From: Trichosphaerium sp. ATCC 40318
Lineage: Eukaryota > Protista > Tubulinea
NCBI GenBank assembly: GCA_038496445.1
Contig: JALMLS010000030.1
Location: 124,001-188,000 of the forward strand
DNA length: 64,000 nucleotides
Direction: 5' to 3'
The notes under the pieces are model-generated. The model worked only from the letters and a program-made list of their open reading frames with translations, did no database searches and was not told where the DNA came from. The translations under genes and the position numbers were made by a program. Below, piece after piece: positions 12,601-24,138 of the stretch. Position 1 is the stretch's first letter. Every line of letters starts with the position of its first letter.

Positions 12601-15600
12601 CCTTAACAAAAAAACATAAGCGAACTTAATCCAAAAAAAATTCAAAAAGGTCTCATCAAAACAAACGTACCAAACATTAGAAGGCTACCCTTCTTTCTAT
12701 TTTGGTCAGCCAGAGTTAAAGCATCTTTAAATAGGTTTTGAATTGCTTCAAATACTTTTTCAAACATGAAACCAGGTGCTTCTGTTGATTTTACATAAGA
12801 CTTTCCTGCTTCATAGAAAAATTCATAGACTTTATCCTTCTTTACTTCCATAGCAACTGCTTTTTTTAACTGTGTTTTAGCAAGTTCTACAAGAGTTTCA
12901 CCAAGTCTAATAAAAGATGCTTGAAACTTTGGGTTAATTTCAGAGGCCTCTTTGAATTTCTGACTGGCTCGCTCTAAAACTTTTTGAATGTCATTACCAC
13001 GGAACATCTTGGCTTGCTCCATAAGCACAGTACCTAAAAAATACATCAAAACACCTCCTCAATCAGCAAGAACATCTTTTCTTTTCATACAAAACCTGGG
13101 AAGACGTACCCCAGCGATACATTGCCATGTAACTGTTTGGCTGTGACTGAAGCGCAAGAGAAAATTTACTAGCAGCTAGTTTGAGTAACCTTAACCTAGA
13201 TAACTTCTTCTTCCTTCTCGCCATGATTGCCAACGCCATACCCTCTTTAATAAGAAACAAGTAAGTACCATGCTATTTACACTCTCTGATAAAAAACAAA
13301 AAAAGAAAAGAAAACAGAACATACCAGCGTAATTCACAATATTAAGATGTTTTACTGTTGGATAGACTTCAAGAACATCTGAATCTACAAATTCGAATGT
13401 ATCATGATTCTTTTTTAAGTCTTCTAAAGAAGCAGCAGTCATAGCAACCTAAGAAATCATTAATTAGCACTTGTTAAAGAATACAAATTACCGTACCCCA
13501 AGAAGTTCATTTGTTCTATTAAAAAGTACAGGCATATTAAGCTTGCCTTGTAACCTTTTTATGTGCAAGTACTCTTCTTTAGGTGATAAAGCAAATCTGA
13601 ATTTTTCAACCAACTTCGCTTTAATATGTCTCCATAACTAATAGATTATTACAATCACAAGCAATGCCAAGTGTTTGATTCAATTAAAAAAAAACAAGAA
13701 TAAAATGGGAAAAGCACTAGTTGTTAGTTATAAAGTTAAACGGTTGTAAAAAGGAAACGATAGTAAAACAGTTTATAAAGTAATTGTATGAAATAAGGAA
13801 TAGTACCTCCATGCTTGCGTCACTTTTATCTTTGATTAAATTAAACAATGTAACAACAATACGCTATAACGCAAAGTCAAACAAACGTACTCAGTTAAAA
13901 TATCTAGCATACCTTGAACGGCTCTTCAGATAAGACTTTAAGTTCACTTCTAGTCTGAGCAGCCGCTCTGAATTGAGCACGAACAATATCTTTAATTACA
14001 CGAGCTACCATCTACAGATAAAAAATGTTAACAGTGTTCGAACAGGTAGCCTTAGCTACAAATAACGCTAACCTCTACAAGTAGGAGTGATCGCATACGA
14101 GAGGAAGCACACTTGCGTCTTACATAACCCATATGTCTTATATTAATACCATACCGATGTAGCTCCTAAAGAGAAACGTAAGTAATGAGGATACATAATA
14201 AATTGGATTGTATCAGGTTGGTTTAGTCTTAAAAATAAATCATACCACGACTAGACTCAGACTGTCGTACACTCCTGATATCGTATTAGAAACATTCAAG
14301 TCACGCTCTAAGCTACGCTCAGAAAAATAAATGTCCCTAAACATACAAGTCAACTACCAATAAAACTTGATGATTTTTGGATGAAATTTCCAATAATAAA
14401 AACATAAACCGTACTTTCTTCTTCGCTGTATGACTGCAAATTGTTGTGCAAAGCTCTCTCTATTTTTTAAAAATTTCTGGTTGGCCGATATATTAGGGTA
14501 TAACGAATCCAGTCGCGCTGCAAACTCTGCCACAGTCTTTGTCAACAAAAACTTTGTTGCTTTCGCAACTTCATCATTATTTTCCTAAATATGTTAAGCG
14601 AAATGGAACCCAATCAAGTATAGATTTTACCTGAGCATGCAAGTCTACTTTTTGCCAACTTGTATACGCATCGCTGCACAAAGGTTTTTGCCATTTTATA
14701 ACGAACTCTGGACGTAAAAGTTTATAGTATACTTGACGCTTATTGGTATATCTTGGATCATCGCTTGGCGCTTCTGGAGGGAAAGTACGTGCAAAATCAA
14801 GCAGATAAAATCGCCCATCAGTACCAAGATGACCTTCAAGGTCTCCTGCAGAGTGTAACTCGGACCAATCACTTGATGTACCAACACGATGTCCTTTCAA
14901 ATTTAAAGTTTCAGCAGCTTGCTTTATCCTTCTATTCATTCTCGGGTTTTCACTGAACACATTCTGACCGCCATCACCAGAACCATATATAATCGTATCC
15001 TTATTAATAGGTAACATACATACAGCTGTAACACGGAAACCCTTGTAATCAATAACAGCCATCTAGTACACCATTAAATACACAAAAATAAAATTCTATG
15101 AAATTCAAGCTAAATTTCAGTGAGTTTAAAAAAGACATACCAGAGGTACATGTAATCCCTTAATATTACATTCATAGTAACCCATTAAACCTTTAAGTTC
15201 ATGGGAAGCAGATTTAAGAGCTTTTTCATCATCTCTCTTCTTTCCACCGTACATCCAAATTGTTGTTTTTTCGATCTTGTTATCTTCAGTAAGTTTGAAC
15301 AGAATATTTTGACATATATATTTTCTAGTCACAGTATTAATACGTTGTGGTGACATAACCAAAAAACTTTTGATAAAGGCCACCCAATCTCAAAAATAAT
15401 TTTTTTACTTTTTTAGTAATTTTTAGCCTATAAAACTTTGGACGTACTTTCCACCTGCTACTCCACCAAGGTATCCAGCAGGTTTTATTGTTTTTTGTTC
15501 ATCAGGTAGTGAAAGCTCTGATATAATAATTTTTGCATAACTCAGTATTGTCAAGGAGCAACATCCATCAAAAGAAGAAAAAGAAAAAACTTCTACCAAA

Positions 15601-16289
15601 AAAAAAAAAATCAATTAACTAACGGTTCATTTGAAACAGTTATTATGATGACAACCATGAACATATGATGTTATATTTTTCATGTAAGGATACGTTTGTG
15701 CAGCGTAAACAAAGTTATGCGCCAAATGAAAGAGTTTCTTATACTTCACCTCCGTATCAGGCAGTGCAAGATATTTTTGAAATTCTTCATTCCAGTCTTT
15801 TAATACTGCAGCACTCTCTTCGCTTGGGCAATGATTTTAGTACACGAAAAAACACTTTTTATCGCGTTAAGAATTTTTTATATTTGGTTCGTTATTTTTT
15901 TCACCAAAACGTATAAATTACGTACCGACACGATTGAATAAACGCTGCTAGCTTATCGGCGAATGATTCTGGTTGTTTATTCTTTTCCTTTGCTACTTTG
16001 GTTACAAAAGCACGTAATTGGGATTCATCCAGGCTCTTGAGCAGTAACTCGACTTGTTCGTCTTCTTTATTTGGTTTTGCGTCTGCTACAGCAAAATGTC
16101 GTTACAATCGGTTAAATACATACCAAATGCTTTCGTACACGCTGAGAAACTGTATTTTGATAAATCTGGATCTAAAACGTAAGTGCTGTCATCGTCTGAG
16201 GCATAACCATCGTTATAGTTGGTTTGTAGGCCTCCTGCGTATATTTGGTTTGTGTGCTTTGACAAATGCGTGGTATAATTGTCGCTCAT
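6663..16289 (-). CDS. Large multi-exon CLU-domain protein: CLU, TPR-like helices, WWE, Pro-rich linker, LRR array, C-terminal villin headpiece
   Basis: CLU: DWNEEFQ, GGVAGGKY, ASHELKGL, IDYKGFRVTA, YGSGDGG, DLEGHLGTDGRFYLLDFARTFPPE, LLRPEF; WWE: WRWVNYGQWEEYDDVTAAMLETAY..VDLKNMTQ..RKIQR; many LxxLxLxxC LRRs at 7.2-9.9 kb; headpiece KYLNDAEFAQYFG..FSKLEPWRQKEAKRKLRLF*. Confidence 0.8.
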
Positions 16290-16635
16290 CTCGCTACGAC
16301 ATCAAAGAACGCGGCGTAGACAGTAGTCTCGCGTGACGTATCAGAATAGTACAAATTCACGCCAGATGCACATTGACCAACACATGTCGGCACTTTGTTA
16401 TTTTTTTCTTCGCCTGGTTTCCTACATGCGTTTTGTGATGGCTCAAACTTACGTGTCATTTCTAGCGATAAATTACTACTCTTTTACAAAATGCAACTAA
16501 GGCGTAGATTGTTATAATAATTTTAGTACATACGCGCTAACGCGATTTTTAAGGGTTAATGTTGAGTTATCTTTACAATAAGCCAACAAGTGTTTTTGGT
16601 TTGCCACCAGGTCTTCGTTTGTTCCTCCGCGTGGT

Positions 16636-16923
16636 TTAACCGCGTTGGCCTTCCATTTGGGCTCGAATATCTGCCGTAATTTGTATTTCGATAGCTGCTG
16701 CCATTACAAGAGGTACTGAGAGTACTACGAAGCCAGTAGAAAAGCACCAGAAAAACTTATAACCAGTTGAAATCAAATATTGACCAGTGGCCATCAAAGA
16801 ACGTATTGTGCTATTGTAAGCGTTGAATATAGAAAATACGCCAGTGAATGGAGCTGGTTTTTTTGGTTTATCCTTCCACAAGCTACCGGTTTTTAGACCT
16901 GGTTTCATAAGAGCGGATGCCAT
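16636..16923 (-). CDS. Tom22-like mitochondrial import receptor subunit (short type)
   Basis: 95 aa from ATG 16923; TM signature FWCFSTGFVVLSVPLVMAAAIE matches the Tom22 W-x-x-x-T...VPL...E pattern. Confidence 0.55.
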   Translation of the reverse strand: MASALMKPGLKTGSLWKDKPKKPAPFTGVFSIFNAYNSTIRSLMATGQYLISTGYKFFWCFSTGFVVLSVPLVMAAAIEIQITADIRAQMEGQRG

Positions 16924-17440
16924 TTTGTATGAGTTCACTAGCAAGAGATAAACGCAAGAATGAAAAAGGTTAAGTCGTGCGCCTAAGAACGCGACGAACT
17001 CAAAGACTAATGTCTGAGTGCCCAAAACAGCAAATTAAGAAGCTTTTTGGAGTACACGCACCTGGTTTTAAATTATCAAAGAAGGCACCGCTTTTTGTAC
17101 GTTTAGCCAATTGTACCCTCTGGCAAATGTGTATTAATGGTTACAGGCGTATTTGAACTATCTGGTGTTTGTAAAAAAATTAACAGCCGAAATAGACGCT
17201 CAAGTTGCTCGAGATACCACAGACGACGTTTACACAGAGCACGTAGAACTTGCGTTAAAGGTTGTCACCGTTTGTTATTTGGCGCGTTTATTAATGTTCA
17301 AATAGAAAGTTCTACGCGAAATGAAGGCATAAACAGCAGTTTCGAAGCGAGAAAAAAATTACAGCAACAGTTGTACTTGAACAAACCTAAAACGCGCTTT
17401 GGCTGAAGCGAAGGATACCAACCTTTATTGTACATACTCA

Positions 17441-18183
17441 CTAAGATAAAAAGATGTGATTTAGACCAAGATAATTGAATGTTTTTGGATGCTTCTTCAT
17501 AAATGTAATGAGCTCTTCAGGTGTCAACATCCCGTCACCATTTGAATCTACCTTTGAAAATATTTGCTCTACAACCTTCTCTGGACTATTAAGTTGTTCG
17601 GCTACAACGTCCTCCATCCCAGGATAATGTTTAAAGAGCAGTTCAACAGCATGAAGCACTTCGCTTCGCGTAAGGTGTCCATCATTATTTACATCTAAAG
17701 AACGGAAACAAAACAATAACTTTTCTTCAGGGTTATCACTTGAGCTTAAACTGATAGCTACCAGAGGGAGTTAGACGCACGTCTAGATATCCAGTTTTTT
17801 AAAAGCACGTGTTTGGTAACAGGTTCAATTAATTTGTAGTTTTTGTAAGCAACAATGTGAAAAGATTAAAGGACAAGTACTTTTGGGCTGGACAATATCG
17901 TACCTATCATAAACTCTCGAAAATCAATACCTCCACTATTGTCTGTGTCAAAAGCGTTAAAAAGTCTGTCTATGAGCATAGGAGAGCGTTGATTCTCTGG
18001 TAAGAAGTCTCCTACCATCCTAGCAAAGCCAGCTTTGTCTATTTCTCCATTAGGGTAATCCCTCTTAAATTCTTTGTAAGAATGCGCTAGATCCTCTTTT
18101 GACATAGATGTAAGCTTCTGTGTTGAACGTAAGAGTTTTATTTCCTTCGCTGTAAGTTTGTCGTTGGTGTTTTTATTGCCCAT
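17441..18183 (-). CDS. Neuronal calcium sensor / frequenin-like EF-hand protein
   Basis: MGNKNT myristoylation-type start, FKRDYPNGEIDK, EF loops DTDNSGGIDFREF, DVNNDGHLTRSE, DSNGDGMLTPEE; one intron. Confidence 0.9.
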
Positions 18184-18421
18184 TTTTACTACTGACGTTG
18201 TTCAAATTGTATCTCATACGAAAAAGGGCGGTTTAAATGTCACTAAACGCAATTAATGTGAAGATTGTTAATAAGTCGCTTTAAAAATGCGTGGTAGTAC
18301 CTAAAACGAACTCTTCCGCGAAAGAGTTGTCTAAACACAAGATACAAAGAATTAAAAAGATCAGACCTTTTTTGACCTTATTAGTCTAACGTCGATTGGA
18401 TTCGCTGCTTTTGGTCTCTGC

Positions 18422-21400
18422 GATGCATAAACTATGGCTGGGTGTGAAATGCACTACATGGAAAGATTTTGACACGCTATGCTGTGTAAGAGGCGTTAAA
18501 ACTTTTAAACGAGCGTCAGAAGATCAAATACATAACTTACCGAGTTTAAAGGGTTTTGTAACGAAGGTACAATTTCACATTCATTAAAACACCAACACGT
18601 TACAGCTAGGTAACGCTCTGAACCTAAAAACGCCGAAAGACTGGTATAGAATTAAATTCACAGATGTCATCGCAAATGGCGGTAAAAGCTTGCTATTGTA
18701 CGTCACTACATCAATATTAGCTTGCAGTGGGCGGTATCGGCTCACTGGAGATTATAGAACTTATGACAATGATCTGCATAAAATGTTGTCTTTGTCTTTA
18801 CCTCATCATGAATGGGACCCATGGCTTTTCGGTACGCTCTAATATTGTTGTATAGCAAGATCTTAATGTATTCTTTCAAAAAGACACAAAGCCACATGGA
18901 TTCTGGGAGTGTCCTGATAACCGTACAGGTTATTTCCGTTGGGTAAATAAGCTCATTTTATGGTTTCTTATTTTTTTACGGTTTTTGAGTTAATGGAGTT
19001 TAGTTGGAACAAAAACTCTGTATAGAGCACCCAGCGGATTGGGAAAATATCAGTGTTGCCGATGTAAATAAATTAGGTGGTAGAGATTTCTTAACGCACG
19101 TGATTTGTAACAATTTTGACGAAAAAACCTTGAAGTTAATTTCTAGTTGTAGGGATTATATGCACTCTGTACACGGTATGGTGAGTCATTTCTACCCCAC
19201 AAATATATGGCATCCTTGGAAATTTAGTAAGTATTTCTTGCGAATCATTCTTTGGTGTTAACATTTTGATGAGATGGTAAGGTTGCAGATAAATATTGGG
19301 ATGATGAAGAAAATACTTTGACCTTTGTTATTGAAGTTAGTTACTTTTTTGATTGTTACCTTCAATCTGACATCTGACTGTTGGTTAGTTTGAACGGTTT
19401 TATAGTATAAAAGAATTAGATGACTACTATAAATTCACACAACAACATGTTCTAGATATAGGTGGAAATAGTCTAATGATGTAAGATCTTTTAGTGTTAT
19501 CATTTTTAATTAGATTCTTAAAGGAAGTTCGCAAGTTTCCAATACATCGTCAATTATTTCTATCCTGATAAATACTGGTGTCCTTGGAAATTTGGTTAGT
19601 GATCATTAAAGGTTCTTCTATTTCACCTCTTAACACTCACTAGTAAGTGTCACGCGGAATTTTTGGACGCAGGAAGAAAATCAAATAGCATTTTTGAGAC
19701 ATGTAAGTTGATGGTACCATAGTGTCTATTCATCAATGTGACCGCTATAGGTTGAGACTAAGAAAGGGTTAAAAGTACCTGAAGATTGGTATGGTATTAA
19801 TACGACTGATATAGTAGATTTGAGTGGTTCAGGACTTATATTTAGGTTCGTTTTTTTGAAACTAGTATTTATATGTTATGTCTTACCAAATAGTTTATTT
19901 AACGGTTCAGTGATTGGTTTGGTGTCACAGTTTTATCCTGAAATAAAGTGGGATATAAAAGGATTCAGTACGTGTTAAATCATGGTAGTTGAGTACTCAA
20001 CCTTTCAGAACGTGTTAGTGCAAACTATTGGAAACAAGAAGAGAATCAGCAGGAATTTATGAGAAAGGTTCTTTGTTTTATTACCACAAAAGATAACGAT
20101 ACCTAGGTCGAAGAAAAGCTTAATATAAACAAAGTATCTGACTGGTACAATGTAAACACTGTTGATATTCGGGATCTTGGTGGATCTGGATTAATAAGGC
20201 AGCCATTTTACAAAAACCAAATCTTGTGTCAAACTTTTTTTCTGACTAAATCTAATAGTCACTTTGGCTCAATATCAGCTCTTGTTGGTAACTTATATAC
20301 AGAATTTGATTGGAAAAAGAGTCGTAGAACTGATTCACAATCAAAAACGCGCATAGCAGCTCAAAAACGATTTATAAATCAGGTACATTACATGGTGAAC
20401 CTTTCAGTGTGTTAACATAATTATAGCTTGAGCAGAGATTAGGTATTGAAGAGCCAGATGAATGGTATGGTGTGACTTATGCAGAGGTTTATCAATGTGA
20501 TGATTTGGGTTTCTTGAGGTAAGTTCTTGGACAGTAACTCCTCTTATTGACTAAACGGCTGTAGAAATTTTGATGGTTCTTTGTACAAAGTGTTAAAAAA
20601 TGTTTACCCTAATGTTGATTGGGTAGCATCGAAGTTTAAAAGTACTGTTTGCGTTATTCTTAACTCAAATAATAGTAATAATATACCATAGGTATGTCTG
20701 ATCACGGACTTTCTTGGGCTGTCCATGAGAACAAGAAACTTCTGTTGAAAGAGGCAAGTTTTTTGGTGGTTGTCTACTTTTGCTTGCTGTTTACTATAAC
20801 TGTGTTATTCTTACTCATACAAGACTGAAAAACGGCTTAAAGTTCAAAAACCTGAAGATTGGTACAAAGTACGACATGAGGACCTTAGACTAGCCGGAGC
20901 ATCTCGTCTAAGATCGTATGTTGAGCAGCCCTTTATTTAGCTTGTTTTCAGTTAAACCTAACCCTGTTATTAGATTTGGGACTTTACCTGTCATGCTACA
21001 AAACTTTTATCCAGACTATGAATGGGACGTTAGTCGATTCAAGACAAATAAACGTGAGTATCCCATTTAGAAATGAAAAAAAACCGGTTTTTTACCTCGT
21101 CTGGTTTTCTGGTTTTGACGTCATTGCGTGGCAATGCAATTCACTTGCTATATTGGCACCAAAACCAGTCGGTCCATCCAAACTCCAAACCAGTCAAATC
21201 AGTCTTGGTATCACAAAGCATTGTCTTTTTTTTTAACACTCTTTTTTTTCAGAAACTGTACCAGCTAATTTTTGGCGTGATACTGGGAATGTTAGTGCCT
21301 TTTTAGACGATGCTGCAAAGAAATTACGCCTAAAAACACTTATGGAGTGGTATGATGTATCTCCAAATACTGATTTTGAGCGTATGGGTGTAAAAGGACT

Positions 21401-21608
21401 TACACAATATTGGCCAGATATTCTTGGTGTCATTTATCCTAAATTTAATTGGGACTTTAGTTTGTTCGCTAAGAAAGATAAACGTGCTAATCAAAGGTAT
21501 TCTTTGATATTTGTTTACTTCTCAATATATTTTACTTTCTCACCAACAATGCTTAGATGGGTAGTCCTTGGTTTGAGTGACTTGTTCCAAAAACAAAAGA
21601 GAACCTAG
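18422..21608 (+). CDS. Trp-rich tandem-repeat protein (8 repeats of ~73 aa), about 23 short exons
   Basis: Recurring unit FW...EN...F..(V/L)E..L.I...EDWY.V...D....GG.GL...F.GS...LV...YP...W....F reconstructed over successive exons. Confidence 0.75.
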
Positions 21609-22038
21609 AGGTAAAATGAATGAAGAACCTGAAAGAAGACATGCCGTGGGATGTTGCACTACCACATAAAATGTGGTATTAGTGGTAGTTTATTGGCAAT
21701 TTGGGTGATTAGCGGCAATTCAATGTCTTAGTAATGGCTGCTAGTCATATAGGAACGAGCAACTCATACAAACAGCCAAGTTAGCTTTTCACTAAGTGTT
21801 AAAGAGAAAGCTTTATTGAGACTAACATAATTCCGAGCTAGTATTCGTCAACTTCAGCTTTAAAGGATGCAAGAATGAATCACGTATAGCAAACAGAGAT
21901 TCCTATTCTATAAAAAAAGGTGCTTGTACAACACTTGGAAAAGACTGTCTTTCAGGCAATAAACACAGCAAGTGATACAAAAAACAACTTTGTAATAAAG
22001 CAATATGGAAGGAGTTCTTTGTTGATACATCGTAGTTG

Positions 22039-22443
22039 TCATTGGTTGTTAAGGGTTAAAAACACTTTTTTAGATATCACGTGATAGTTATATACATCTG
22101 TTATTTTAACATTATCGTTCTCCATCCACTTTGACAAGATTTTATTCTCGTATCGGAAACGTTGCATGTGATATGTTTCATCGATCAAAACACAATGGTC
22201 AAACATCAAAGAAGCCATTTCTTCGTTTGTATCAATATCAAACGCCCCTAAGTTACCATGCATGTTTCTGTGTATAAATTTGCATTCACCTACGTGATCA
22301 TCACGATCCACACCCAGATACGAGTTGGTCTGTATTTGTATCAACAGTTTTTTTACAACATCCATTGGAATCGAAAAAAACCAACATTTCAAAGAAGTAT
22401 CATACTTTGAACATGTTACGAAATTGTAGTTCAGACACGGCAA
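22039..22443 (-). CDS. Hypothetical protein, start uncertain
   Basis: 134-aa uninterrupted ORF with protein-like composition; no recognised motif. Confidence 0.3.
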   Translation of the reverse strand: MPCLNYNFVTCSKYDTSLKCWFFSIPMDVVKKLLIQIQTNSYLGVDRDDHVGECKFIHRNMHGNLGAFDIDTNEEMASLMFDHCVLIDETYHMQRFRYENKILSKWMENDNVKITDVYNYHVISKKVFLTLNNQ

Positions 22444-22683
22444 TGTATTTTCTACACTTTAATACTTCACAAGGGACATGGACGCTACAGATGTGATGTC
22501 ACTGACATTGTCTTATTTCTGTAGCTATTTATGACATGTTTACACTTGATCTTCTAAAGATTGCTGTGTTTTCACTCGTGGCGCGTGACCCTCTAGTTTT
22601 TTTGGGCGTTCAGTGATTACCGGGTCGCTATGCGCTTAACTCAAGTGTTAATATTGCTTGCAACTAAAGGCTGTAGTATCTAT

Positions 22684-23739
22684 ATGCGAAAGCTACTTAC
22701 AAAGGCGTTGGTAGCAGTAAACAAAATAAAATCGTCAACAAGCAATGAAGTAACGTACGTTTATGTGTGAAACGCAACCCCTAGGTATTTCCCGGCTGTT
22801 TTACCGAATGGGTTGTTTGTTATTTCTGGATTTGATCAAATTGCCATCTAACGCGTCGTAGGGATAGTAAACCTTGTTATTTATTCGAATTGCTACCTCC
22901 TGAGGTGTATCACATCATTATAAGCTTATATCCTCCATTGGCTGATACATGGAATAAATTATGCGTCCATAGCGCTATATCTACGCGATATAGGTACGCA
23001 ACGTCATATTACGATAAGAAAGGCCTACAAAAACGAACAACAAACTAAAAACAGCCTAAACTGCTCGTATTTATTCATCCATCTTGTTGCACTTTTTACA
23101 ATGTGTCAACAAAATGTAAAACGCCATTTTGACATAAGTTTTTATTTTCTTCGTAGCTTTAGTCAACTCAAATCCACGCTGAAAAAATTTTACAAAACAG
23201 AAAAATAAGCTATGTTTCGTGTTTTTTTGATGTTCGTTAACCGTAATGAGCTTTCGCTTGCATTTTTTTATTCTTTATTTATTAACTTTGTTTTCTAAAG
23301 GTTGTTTGAAGGCGAACTTGTGAAGCATGGTACTTTCAAACAATGGTACAGATGTAAGAACTCACCACTTAAGTTTGAAGGACAATTTATAGATGGTAAG
23401 CCAATAGGAGAACATATATCATACTTTCCAGGTGGTAGAGTAAAATCACATTGTATCTTTACAAAGCATGGTATAAAAGATAAGAAAAAAAGAAGAAACA
23501 TTGGTGTATATAAGTCATACTTTCACACAGGTGAAGTTAAGTCAATATATCATTATAAAAATGGATCACTTAGTGGAACTTTTGAATCTTGGTATATAAA
23601 TGGTTCTAAGCATGAAAGTGGTAGTTATCTTTATGGTAAGAAGGAAGGGATATGGGAAAGATGGAGTAGAACTGGACATCAAACTGGAAAAGCAAAGTTT
23701 AGTTTTGGTAGATTTATACCAGGAGGTGCGCATCACTAA
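22684..23739 (+). CDS. F-box-like N-terminus plus MORN-variant (MORN_2/YwqK-like) repeat protein, 2 introns
   Basis: Spliced MRKLLTKA..EVT/DSKPCYLFELLPPEVYHIIISLY..STRY/RLFEGELVKHGTFKQWY; repeats GEHISYFPGG, GVYKSYFHTGE, GTFESWYINGSK, GKKEGIWERW. Confidence 0.75.
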
Positions 23740-24138
23740 GGATGCATAATATTTCTGCACTTTCACCGAGTCGTTCGTCAAAAAACCCTTGTAAATAAAA
23801 ATACTGTTCTACTATATTTTGATGCCTAGCCTTTTGTAAAATAATATGCCCCGCGTCTATTGTCCACTGTCAACCTCATATGTAGTGTGATTTAGGCCTT
23901 CATAGGGTGGCCATACCTACGCCAGCATACATACACGCCATCACAGCTGGCACTGTAAATAGTTTTCGATCTTTCTTCTGGTTCTTGATTTAAGCTGTGG
24001 ATTGGTGTTGGTATACACTGGGCAATTTGTTGAATACGCTAGTGTTGTGCCCATTAACACTATTTTGGTATCACTGTAAAAATATTGCAGCTTTAATCCA
24101 CAATGATATTAAAACCAAACAGATTGAAAAGATTTACT

